Part shown: positions 37,974 through 46,277 of the stretch, in pieces
How positions within the stretch are numbered: the stretch's first letter is position 1
How the letters are laid out: every line of letters starts with the position of its first letter
NCBI GenBank assembly: GCA_035938875.1
Contig: DASZGL010000041.1
Location: 3,341-67,340 of the forward strand
Source of the DNA: Candidatus Dormiibacterota bacterium
GTDB taxonomy: Bacteria; Chloroflexota; Dormibacteria; Aeolococcales; Aeolococcaceae
Direction: 5' to 3'
DNA: 64,000 nucleotides
Made by a program: the position numbers and the translations under genes
Notes under the pieces: generated by a model
The model's input: the letters and a program-made list of their open reading frames with translations, nothing else
What the model was told of the DNA's origin: nothing
The model's database searches: none

Positions 37974-40900
37974 ATGGTCTGTTCGAGTTGCGGGGTGGAG
38001 AATCCGGCGGGCAGCAAGTTCTGCTGCGAGTGCGGAAGCCCGCTCGCGCGCTCCTGCCCCTCGTGCGGCTCTTCGGCCCCCTCGGCGGCCAGCTTCTGCA
38101 ACGAGTGCGGCGCCTCCCTGAAGCTGAAGGGCGCCGTCGGGACTACGCCCCGCCGAACGCGTGAGGAGCCCATCGCCGAGCGGCGCCTCGTCTCCGTCCT
38201 TTTCGCCGACCTCGTCGGATTCACAACGCTGGCGGAGTCCCGTGACTCGGAGGAGGTCCGCGACCTCCTGTCCCACTACTTCGACACGTGCCGCACCGTC
38301 GTTGCGCGCTACGGCGGTGTGGTGGAGAAGTTCATCGGTGACGCGGTCCTGGCGATCTGGGGAGCACCGGTGGCTCAGGAGGACGATGCCGAGAGGGCAG
38401 TACGTGCCGCTCTCGACCTGATCGAGACGGTGTCAGCGCTCGGCGCAGAGGTGGGCGCTGACCTCAAGGCCCGCGCGGGCATCCTCACCGGGGAGGCGAC
38501 GGTCAACCTGGGCGCGGTGGGCGAGGGAATGGTCGCCGGTGATGTGGTGAACACCGCCTCTCGGATCCAGTCGCTCGCCAGTCCGGGATGCGTCTTGGTC
38601 GGCGACGCCACTCGCAGGGTCACCGCATCGGCCATCGCCTACGACGACGCTGGGATGCATCAGCTGAAAGGCAAGGCCGAGCCTATTGCGCTGTACCGGG
38701 CACTTCGGGTCGTGGCTGGCGTCGGTGGAGTGCTGAAGGCTGAGGGCCTCGAGGCGCCTTTCGTCGGCCGCGACCGGGAGTTGCGTCTGCTCAAAGACCT
38801 CTTCCACGCATCCGCCGAACAGGGCAACGCGCATCTGGTCTCCATCGTTGGTTCCGCCGGAATCGGCAAATCGCGTCTGGCCTGGGAATTCTTCAAGTAC
38901 GTCGACGGCTTGGCGACGAAGATCCGCTGGCACCGCGGACGATGTCTGTCGTACGGCGAAGGCGTGACCTACTGGGCACTGGCCGACATGGTCAGGACGA
39001 GAGCAGGGATCGTCGAGGGTGAGGACCCCTCGACGGCGATACCGAAGTTGCGCGAAGCGCTGGAGAGCACGCTTCCCGACGCCACCGAGCGGGCCTGGGT
39101 CGGGCCGCGACTTGCGCACCTGCTCGGACTCGAAGAACGGGTGGCACGCGAGCGTGAGGACCTGTTCTCTGCGTGGCGACTCTTCTACGAGCGCCTCGCC
39201 GATGAAATGCCGACGGTGCTGGTGTTCGAGGACGTGCAGTGGGCCGACCCATCTCTCCTCGACTTCGTCGAATACCTCCTCGAGTGGTCGCGCAGGCACC
39301 GCCTGTTCATCATTACCCTCGCCCGCCCCGAGCTTCACGAACGCCGCCGCAACTGGGGCACCGGCCGAAGCTCCACGTCTCTGTATCTCGAGCCACTGTC
39401 GCGTGAGTCGATGAACACGCTGCTGCGCGGTCTTGTCCCCGGCCTGCCGACGGATCTGCGGTCGCGCATCCTGGAGCGCGCTGAAGGGGTGCCCCTCTAC
39501 GCGGTCGAGACCGTGCGGATGCTGCTCGATCGCCAGCTCCTGGTGCGCGAGGGTGACGACTACCGGCTCCCCGCCACCGTCGCGACCCTCGAGGTCCCAG
39601 AGACTCTGCACGCACTCATCGCCGCGCGCCTTGATGGCCTCGCTGTGGAGGAGCGTCGGCTTCTCGAGGATGCCTCCGTTCTGGGCAAGACGTTCACCAA
39701 GACCGCCCTCGCGGCCCTGAGTGGCGCCGCCCGGGACGGGCTCGACGAACTGCTGTCCTCGCTCATCCGAAAGGAGGTCCTGACCATCCAGGCTGACCCG
39801 ATGTCGCCGGAACGCGGACAGTACGGGTTTCTCCAGGACCTGGTTCGGCGCGTCGCGTACGAGACACTCTCCAAGAAGGACCGCAGGGCCAAGCATCTGC
39901 GCATGGCCGCCTACCTCGAGACGACGGCAGGACACGAGGATGACGAGAGCGTCGAGGTGGTCGCCTCCCACTACAACGAGGCCTATCGCGCCGCGCCGGA
40001 TGCGCCCGATGCGCCGGAGATCAAGGTCAGAGCGCGCGACATGCTTGTTCGTGCCGGCGACCATGCGGCTGCACTCGCCGCCGCCGAGGAGGCGCAGCGC
40101 TATTACGAGCAGGCCGCGGAGCTCACCGACGACGCTGTCGGGCAGGCGCAGCTCCTCGAGCGGGCCGGCGTGATGGCGTACATAGGGGGGCGGTCAGACG
40201 AGGCGACCACGCGGTACGAGCGAGCCATCGCACTGTTCGAGGCGGAGGGCAGGTCACACCCCGCCGCACGGGTGTCGGCGCGGCTTGGCGAGGTGGACCA
40301 GAGGAAAGGGCAGCTGGAGCAGGCGATCGCGCGGATGGAACCTGCGTTCGCGGTGCTGGTCACCGAGACACCAGACCCGGACCTCGCCTCCCTCGCCGCC
40401 GCCTTCGCGCGAGCGCTGTTCTTCTTCGGGCGCAGCGAGGACGCGTTCGAACCGATCGAGGTCGCGCTGAACCTGGCGGAGTCCTTCTGGCTACCCGAAG
40501 TCCTGTCCAACGCGCTCAACACCAAGGGCCTGATCATTCTCAGCAAGGGTCGGCGGCGCGAGGCCGAGGGATTGATCAAGCACGCGCTGGAGGTGGCGCT
40601 CGAGAACGACGTGTCCGCGGCGGCCGTCCGCGCCTACTTCAACCTCGCCGAGATCATCGCCCAGGCGGACGCCTACGAGCAGGCCCGGGCGTACGCGGCG
40701 GACGGCCTGGCCTTCTCGCGACGAGTGGGCAACCGGGCGTTCGAGTGGAGCTTTCTCTCGCAGGTGTATCCGCTGTACTGCCTCGGCCAGTGGGACGAGG
40801 TGCTAGCGCTGAGCGCGCAGCTCCCCGAGGAGAAGTTTCCCGAGCAGAGGGCCGCATTCCTCGGCTTCACCAACGTGGTGGCCATCTCGGTGCATCGCGG

Positions 40901-41519
40901 TGATGTCGACGAGGCGAGGAGGGTCCTGGAAATCGTCGCCGAAGTTCCGGCCTCCTCCGACGTCCAGGATCGCAGCAATTTCGCTGTCGCCCGAGCGCAC
41001 CTGCTCCAGGCCGAAGGCAAGCACGTCGAGGCGCTGGCTGCCGCCGAGGAGGCGCTCCACGGACGTGAGCTCTTCGGCCTGGGCCATGAGGCGGTCAAGG
41101 GAGCGTTCGGCGAGGCGGTCGCTGCGGCATTCGAGCTCGGCGACCTCGGCAAGGTGGAGGAGCTTCTCGCGATTGTCGAGGGTGAAGCTGTCGGGAAACG
41201 GCCGCCCTTCATGCAGGCGCAGGCGATCCGCACCCGAGCCCGCCTCGCGGCGAGCCGTGGCAGCGACGGGGTCGACGAGGGGTTCCAGAAGGCAACGGCG
41301 CTGTTCCGCCAGCTGTCGGTTCCCTTCTGGATGGCCGTGACGCTCCTCGAGCACGGTGAGTGGCTGTTGCAGCAGACCCGTTCGGACGAGGCCGCGCCGC
41401 TGCTGCTCGAGGCGCGTGATGTCTTCGAGCAGTTGCGAGCGCGACCGTGGCTGGACCGCATCTCACGGCTCGCTCCGGTGGTGTCACGGCCGGAGGTCAC
41501 CGAGCCGCTGAGCGTCTGA
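37974..41519 (+). CDS. double zinc ribbon + class III adenylate/guanylate cyclase + STAND-type P-loop ATPase + TPR/alpha-solenoid protein
   Basis: CSSCG..CCECG..CPSCG..CNECG ribbons. Cyclase motifs VSVLFADLVGFT and KFIGDAVLAIWG. Walker A IVGSAGIGKSRL, Walker B VLVFEDVQWAD. Long helical-repeat C-terminus with no C-terminal LuxR HTH seen. Confidence 0.85.
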   Translation: MVCSSCGVENPAGSKFCCECGSPLARSCPSCGSSAPSAASFCNECGASLKLKGAVGTTPRRTREEPIAERRLVSVLFADLVGFTTLAESRDSEEVRDLLSHYFDTCRTVVARYGGVVEKFIGDAVLAIWGAPVAQEDDAERAVRAALDLIETVSALGAEVGADLKARAGILTGEATVNLGAVGEGMVAGDVVNTASRIQSLASPGCVLVGDATRRVTASAIAYDDAGMHQLKGKAEPIALYRALRVVAGVGGVLKAEGLEAPFVGRDRELRLLKDLFHASAEQGNAHLVSIVGSAGIGKSRLAWEFFKYVDGLATKIRWHRGRCLSYGEGVTYWALADMVRTRAGIVEGEDPSTAIPKLREALESTLPDATERAWVGPRLAHLLGLEERVAREREDLFSAWRLFYERLADEMPTVLVFEDVQWADPSLLDFVEYLLEWSRRHRLFIITLARPELHERRRNWGTGRSSTSLYLEPLSRESMNTLLRGLVPGLPTDLRSRILERAEGVPLYAVETVRMLLDRQLLVREGDDYRLPATVATLEVPETLHALIAARLDGLAVEERRLLEDASVLGKTFTKTALAALSGAARDGLDELLSSLIRKEVLTIQADPMSPERGQYGFLQDLVRRVAYETLSKKDRRAKHLRMAAYLETTAGHEDDESVEVVASHYNEAYRAAPDAPDAPEIKVRARDMLVRAGDHAAALAAAEEAQRYYEQAAELTDDAVGQAQLLERAGVMAYIGGRSDEATTRYERAIALFEAEGRSHPAARVSARLGEVDQRKGQLEQAIARMEPAFAVLVTETPDPDLASLAAAFARALFFFGRSEDAFEPIEVALNLAESFWLPEVLSNALNTKGLIILSKGRRREAEGLIKHALEVALENDVSAAAVRAYFNLAEIIAQADAYEQARAYAADGLAFSRRVGNRAFEWSFLSQVYPLYCLGQWDEVLALSAQLPEEKFPEQRAAFLGFTNVVAISVHRGDVDEARRVLEIVAEVPASSDVQDRSNFAVARAHLLQAEGKHVEALAAAEEALHGRELFGLGHEAVKGAFGEAVAAAFELGDLGKVEELLAIVEGEAVGKRPPFMQAQAIRTRARLAASRGSDGVDEGFQKATALFRQLSVPFWMAVTLLEHGEWLLQQTRSDEAAPLLLEARDVFEQLRARPWLDRISRLAPVVSRPEVTEPLSV

Positions 41520-41676
41520 GGACACTGCGGCGGACTCGACGGCCCCAGTCCATACCCAGCCCCCGATGAGCGGCCGCTGCGCGCGGCATCGCGCCGAGCG
41601 TACGTCTGGCCGTCGTCAAGCGCAACTACGCGGTTCGGATGGAGGACACCGGGAGTAGCAGAGTCGGTCTCGAGCG

Positions 41677-42645
41677 CTACGCGACCGACGACGCGCGCAC
41701 GTAAAACGTGCGCCGATAGCTCTGCGGCGACGTGCCCCGCCAGCGCTGGAACTGCTGTCGCAATGTCACCGCGCTGCCGAAGCCGGACAGGCGCGCCACC
41801 TCCTCGATGGGTTCGTCGCTGTCCTCGAGCAGCTGCTGGGCGAGCAGCAGGCGCTGCTGCTGCAGCCAGCGATGCGGCGTCGTGCCGGTCACCGCACGAA
41901 AGCGACGCGCGAAGGTGCGCGTCGACATCAGCGCGCGAGCGGCGAGTTCGTCGACGCACAGCGGCTCGTCGAGTCGGCCCGACGCCCAGTCGAGCACCTC
42001 GCTCAGCTCGTCGCCACGGCGATGTTGGCGCACCGGTGTCTCGACGTACTGCGCCTGCCCACCGTCGCGGTGTGGCGGCACCACCATGCGCCGCGCCAGC
42101 GCGTTGGCAACGCCCGCGCCGTGCTCGGTGCGGACGATGTGCAGGCAGAGGTCGATGCCCGCAGCAGTGCCTGCGCTGGTGAGCACGTCGCCCGCGTCGA
42201 CGTAGAGCACGTTGGGGTCGACCATCGCCCGGGGGTACTTCGCCGCGAGCGCGGCGGCGTAACGCCAGTGCGTGCTCGCCCGGCGACCGTCGAGGAGGCC
42301 GGCTGCGGCGAGGACGAAGGCGCCGGTGCACACGCTCATCACCCGTGCGCCGCGATGCACCGCGGCGCGCAGTGCCTCGAGCAACTCCTCCGGCGGCTGT
42401 TCGTTGATGTCGCGCCACGCGGGGACGGCGATCAGGTCGGCACTGGCCAGGCGCTCCAGGCCGTGCGCCGGCTGGATGACGAACCCCGAATCGCAGCGCA
42501 GCGGCGGCGGCTCGGCAGCGCAGACGGCGAAGTCGTATGCCGGGAATCCGTCGGCGGTGCGGTCCATGCCGAAGACCTCACAGATCACGCCAAGCTCGAA
42601 GGCGGCGACCTTGTCGGTCACCACCACGGCAACATTACGGAGCAC
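41677..42645 (-). CDS. GlxA-family transcriptional regulator (DJ-1/PfpI domain + AraC HTH)
   Basis: VAVVVTDKVAAFEL...SVCTGAFVLAAAGLLDGRRASTHW (DJ-1-like domain) and a C-terminal AraC-type double HTH. I take GTG 42645. The upstream extension to 42939 has poor third-position GC by eye. Confidence 0.8.
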   Translation of the reverse strand: MLRNVAVVVTDKVAAFELGVICEVFGMDRTADGFPAYDFAVCAAEPPPLRCDSGFVIQPAHGLERLASADLIAVPAWRDINEQPPEELLEALRAAVHRGARVMSVCTGAFVLAAAGLLDGRRASTHWRYAAALAAKYPRAMVDPNVLYVDAGDVLTSAGTAAGIDLCLHIVRTEHGAGVANALARRMVVPPHRDGGQAQYVETPVRQHRRGDELSEVLDWASGRLDEPLCVDELAARALMSTRTFARRFRAVTGTTPHRWLQQQRLLLAQQLLEDSDEPIEEVARLSGFGSAVTLRQQFQRWRGTSPQSYRRTFYVRASSVA

Positions 42646-42757
42646 GCCGCGGAGTATGGCAGAAATCCATCGACAGATGCCTCTTCGGCCACTTTCGAGT
42701 TCGGGGCAGCGGGTCCAGGATGGCTCATGCGGATCGAAATCACGAGGCACGAACCCC

Positions 42758-42886
42758 ATGGCATCCCAAATCCTGATCGCCGTCTCGTTCCTGGCCATGG
42801 CGCTGCTGCCGGCGTTCGTGGGCACCGACACGCGTGACGGCCGCGACTGGCAGGCGCCGTCGGACGCGCCTGCCGCAGAGCACTGA
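42758..42886 (+). CDS. possible 42-aa small membrane protein
   Basis: ATG ORF MASQILIAVSFLAMALLPAFVGTDTRDGRDWQAPSDAPAAEH with one TM and high third-position GC by eye. Divergent from the GlxA gene. No family recognised. Confidence 0.35.
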   Translation: MASQILIAVSFLAMALLPAFVGTDTRDGRDWQAPSDAPAAEH

Positions 42887-43107
42887 TGCACCCCGATCTC
42901 CTCGCGGACCTCGCCCGTCTCGAGCACGCGCAGCGGCAACGTGCGAGTGAGGCGCGCCGAGCCACGATCATGCTCGGAGCCTCTGCGAATGGGTCGCGAC
43001 CGCCACGGCCGCCGCGGACACAGCGTGCAGGCCGCGGTGCTCCTGTCAGGCTACCGGCGGGCGACCTCGCTCCTGCGCTGTCGTGCGAGTCGCCCTGTAG
43101 CGGATGA
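42886..43107 (+). CDS. possible 73-aa ORF coupled to the preceding small ORF
   Basis: TGATG stop/start overlap. N-terminus MHPDLLADLARLEHAQRQRASEARR looks like a charged helix. Codon bias deteriorates in the second half. Confidence 0.2.
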   Translation: MHPDLLADLARLEHAQRQRASEARRATIMLGASANGSRPPRPPRTQRAGRGAPVRLPAGDLAPALSCESPCSG

Positions 43108-43191
43108 TCGACCATCCTCTTAGTCTTCGATGACGGTCGCGTCGACGCTACGGTGGTACGGCGACGAGCTCAGTACAGCACCGACTGCCCG

Positions 43192-43800
43192 TTACGCCAC
43201 CCGCGATTGTCGGCGTCGCTGACCCAGCGCGATCAGTCCCGCCGCAGCGACAACAACGAGCGCTGCCGCGGGAATCTCAGGAACAGTTGCCGAGGTCTGC
43301 AGCGCTGCGCAGGTGCCGGAGAGGTTGAACTCGATGTCGGTCGTGCCCGTCACCGGCCCCGACGCCTCGTCGAGAATCGAGCCGACGGATGGAGCCGGTA
43401 CCCACGCCATCTTGTTATTCGGCCCGGAGAACGTGGTCCAGTCGACCGTCCCCGTGTCGAAGGTCACGTGCAGCGTTTCAGTGAAGCCCCCCTTGCCACC
43501 GTTGGCCGGTTCGACGAAGTGGAACCAGTCCTTGGTGCGGTCACCCGCCGGGGCGCTGTCCGTGCAGTCGGCGCCCCCAAAGCCGATCGCGGTCTGGTTC
43601 TCGTGGTCTTCCTTCAGGCACGCGTTGTGCGTGGTCGCGCTGGGATCGCCCGCCGTGCACTGCGGGTCAGAAAACGCCGCCGACACGCTGACGCTGGCCA
43701 GCGCGCCCCATGCGGCGACGCTCGCACCCGCGAGCGACAGCCCCAAGCCCAGATTGCGGATGAGCCGCCACTCCCCGCCGACAGCACCTCCCCTTCTCAT
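43192..43800 (-). CDS. secreted protein, unknown family, with PEP-CTERM-like tail
   Basis: ATG after a GGAGGG SD. Has a signal peptide and several Cys. C-terminus is TVPEIP + AAALVVVAAAGLIALG + QRRRQSRVA. Confidence 0.6.
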   Translation of the reverse strand: MRRGGAVGGEWRLIRNLGLGLSLAGASVAAWGALASVSVSAAFSDPQCTAGDPSATTHNACLKEDHENQTAIGFGGADCTDSAPAGDRTKDWFHFVEPANGGKGGFTETLHVTFDTGTVDWTTFSGPNNKMAWVPAPSVGSILDEASGPVTGTTDIEFNLSGTCAALQTSATVPEIPAAALVVVAAAGLIALGQRRRQSRVA

Positions 43801-43814
43801 GATCCAGTGCCCTC

Positions 43815-45590
43815 CTACCCGCTGGCGTCGCGCGCTCTTAGCACTGCAACCTCCAACGACGAGTCCGTGACGGTACGTGTGGCGCGGGCCAGGCCTCGGC
43901 GGCGGCGCAGCAGCTCGACGCCGCCAATGACTGCGACGGCGGTCAGCGGCAGCAGCAGCGACAGCGGCACCTCAGGCATGAGCGCCAGCGGCGCAACGAT
44001 CGGCAGCACCCCCCCCGGGGTGTACGCGTAGACGCCGACACCCGTGGGACCGCCGTACTCCGACGTTCCGGTACCGAAGAACAGCGCGTTACCGGAGACG
44101 ACGACACCGGAATCGCTGTCGGCGGGGCCGATGTGGATCGCTCGCAGGAGCGAGCCGTCGGCGGCGCTGCGAATCTGGATCTCCTTGGTGATGCCGGTGC
44201 CGACGAAGACCATGCCCGCCGCCACCGAGGTGGGACCGAAGGAGTTGGCGACCGGGTCGGTGTCGCTGACACCTCCGGACTCCCAGGCGAGGTGACTGCT
44301 CGCCGCCGCGCTGGTGTCGAAGGCGTGCACGCTCGGCTCCTGCACCGACGTGTCGCGGGGATTCCCCGGCTGGCAGGGATGCGGCACCGCCTGCATCTCG
44401 AAGCGCCCGAAGTCGCCGAGGGCGGTCGCGCCATAGACGCGGTTGCTGCCGGCGTCGTAGGCGGTGCTGCCGATGAAGCCGCCGGCGAAGCCGCCGAAGA
44501 CGACGTTCTGCGACCAGAGCAGCTGACCGTTGGCAGGATCGATCGAGTAGTACGTGCCATCCTTGCCACCAACTCCGAGGAAGGTGACGTTGCCGTTGGC
44601 GTCGGTGCCGAGGTTGGCGGTGGCGCCGAAGTCCCAGTCGCAGTCAGGCGTCCCCTGGGGGTCCACCAGGCGCGGCGGCGTCCACACCCAGGCGATGGTC
44701 CCGTCGGCGATGCGCACGGCGAGCATGCGCTCGTGGTATGGGGCCGGGCCTAAGTACTTGCAGTCGGCGACGGCGACGTATTCCAGACCGCGCGTCTCGT
44801 CGATGCTCGGTGATGCCCAGACGTTGCCGCAACCGTCGTTGAGCACCTGGCCGCTGCTGTCAACGTCGAGCTCACGCGTCCACAGCGGGTTGCCGGTCGC
44901 CAGGTCGGCGCCGACCAGGTAGCCGCGGAAGCCCGACGAGCCGTCGGCGTCAGCGCTGAAGAGCACGGTGTGGCCGACCACCGCGGGTGAGGAGAAGATG
45001 CGGGTGTCGTCGCCAGAGGGGTTGGGCGGCAGGTCGGGCCGGCCGGTGTAGGCGTGCTTCCAGAAGAGGCTGCCGTCGGCGGCGTTCAGCGCGTAGAGGG
45101 TGTAGCCGCCGCCGAAGATGACCAGGTCCGGTCGGTGAGCGGTCCCCGGTTCGAACCACGCCGACGCGGTGACCATGCCCCCGTCGGAGGTGACGTCGGT
45201 GGGCTGGCGGTTGCCCGGCTGGGGGCTGACCGCCGGCTGCGAGTCGAGCGTGAACTTCCAGCGCAGCTGGCCGGTCGCCTGGTCGAGGGCGTAGAAGTTG
45301 CCGTCCCAGGAGCCGACGTACACCGACCCTGCCGCCACGATTGGCTGCGCTGTCACTGCGTCGGCGGTGGCAAAGAACCAGGCCTGGCTGAGAGATGCGA
45401 CGTCGGCGGTGCTCAGTGTTGTCTGTCCGACGAAGGTGCGCTGTGGGTTCTGCCCATACGTGGGCCAGTCGCCGGCGGCGAGGACCGTGGGCTGGCCGTG
45501 GCCCGCCGCACGAGCCACGGCGATGCCCGGCCCCATGGCGGCCGCGACCACCGCGGCGACGCCGAGCATCGCCGTCCGCCTGCTGCCCAT
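43815..45590 (-). CDS. PQQ-like beta-propeller repeat protein, secreted, with PEP-CTERM-like segment
   Basis: Signal peptide, then PQQ-type repeats (AGSVYVGSWDGNFYALDQATGQLRWKF and similar). Near the C-terminus is MPEVP + LSLLLPLTAVAVIGGVELL + RRRRG, followed by another 25 aa. Confidence 0.75.
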   Translation of the reverse strand: MGSRRTAMLGVAAVVAAAMGPGIAVARAAGHGQPTVLAAGDWPTYGQNPQRTFVGQTTLSTADVASLSQAWFFATADAVTAQPIVAAGSVYVGSWDGNFYALDQATGQLRWKFTLDSQPAVSPQPGNRQPTDVTSDGGMVTASAWFEPGTAHRPDLVIFGGGYTLYALNAADGSLFWKHAYTGRPDLPPNPSGDDTRIFSSPAVVGHTVLFSADADGSSGFRGYLVGADLATGNPLWTRELDVDSSGQVLNDGCGNVWASPSIDETRGLEYVAVADCKYLGPAPYHERMLAVRIADGTIAWVWTPPRLVDPQGTPDCDWDFGATANLGTDANGNVTFLGVGGKDGTYYSIDPANGQLLWSQNVVFGGFAGGFIGSTAYDAGSNRVYGATALGDFGRFEMQAVPHPCQPGNPRDTSVQEPSVHAFDTSAAASSHLAWESGGVSDTDPVANSFGPTSVAAGMVFVGTGITKEIQIRSAADGSLLRAIHIGPADSDSGVVVSGNALFFGTGTSEYGGPTGVGVYAYTPGGVLPIVAPLALMPEVPLSLLLPLTAVAVIGGVELLRRRRGLARATRTVTDSSLEVAVLRARDASG

Positions 45591-45709
45591 GCGCTCTCCC
45601 CAGTCAGGCGCCGCGCCATCCCTTCAACTTGGCAGCGGCCTACGGAGAGAGACTGCGCCGGGGTTCGATTCCTTGCGCTCTTGCCGCGATCAGCGCGTTC
45701 GCGGGTGTC

Positions 45710-46264
45710 TCAGGGTGTGCTCAGCGCCCCGGCGAACGTGTCGAGATCGGCTTCGCTGAACAGCGCGAAGCGGATCTCCCGCAGCGATGTTCCCGGATTC
45801 TCCAGCGCGGCCTGGGCCTCACGCAGCGCGATCGGCGCAGCACGATCGATGGGAAAGCCGTAGATCCCGGTGCTGATCGCCGGAGCACCGACGGTGGCAC
45901 AGCCGGCCGCGGCGGCGAGGGCGAAAGCCGTGCGGTACGCCGAGGCCAGCTTCTCGGGCTCGCCGTGGTCGCCGTCGCGCCAGCGTGGGCCCACGGCGTG
46001 GACGACGTGGCGGGCGCGGAGCCCGTGGCCACCGGTGATCACCGCCGAGCCCACAGGACAGCCCCGCGGATAGCGCCGGCGCAGCTCGGCCTGCAGCTCA
46101 GCATGCCCGGCGGCGCGGTGGATGGCGCCGTCGACACCGCCGCCGCCGGCGAGCTCGGCGTTGGCGGCGTTGACCACGCAGTCGACGGCGAGCGTGGTGA
46201 TGTCGGCACGCTCCAGGACGATCCGTCCCTGACCGGCGGCGTGCTCGTGGGCCTGCGCGGTCAC
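45710..46264 (-). CDS. macro-domain protein (O-acetyl-ADP-ribose deacetylase / YmdB-like)
   Basis: VNAANAELAGGGGVDGAIHRAAG and GAPAISTGIYGFP motifs. GTG 46264 lies 14 nt after the fabF stop. Confidence 0.8.
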   Translation of the reverse strand: MTAQAHEHAAGQGRIVLERADITTLAVDCVVNAANAELAGGGGVDGAIHRAAGHAELQAELRRRYPRGCPVGSAVITGGHGLRARHVVHAVGPRWRDGDHGEPEKLASAYRTAFALAAAAGCATVGAPAISTGIYGFPIDRAAPIALREAQAALENPGTSLREIRFALFSEADLDTFAGALSTP

Positions 46265-46277
46265 CGTGAACCCCGCG

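Noticed and set aside
42646-42939. 98-codon N-terminal extension of the GlxA-type regulator ORF (ORF track 41677-42939).
   Set aside because: Third-position GC drops sharply in this stretch by eye. DJ-1/AraC regulators normally begin at the (M/V)xxVAVVV strand, which here follows GTG 42645. The extension also overlaps a better-looking small ORF on the opposite strand.
45656-45683. A tRNA T-arm-like string CGGGG-TTCGATT-CCTTG followed by CGCTCTT. It could be a tRNA, or a degenerate attR copy bounding an island that starts at tRNA-Lys (37601).
   Set aside because: No complementary 5' acceptor strand, D arm or anticodon arm can be folded upstream. Similarity to the tRNA-Lys 3' end is limited to the generic GGTTCGA-TCC T-loop consensus. 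It most likely lies in the 5' UTR of the PQQ-propeller gene by chance.
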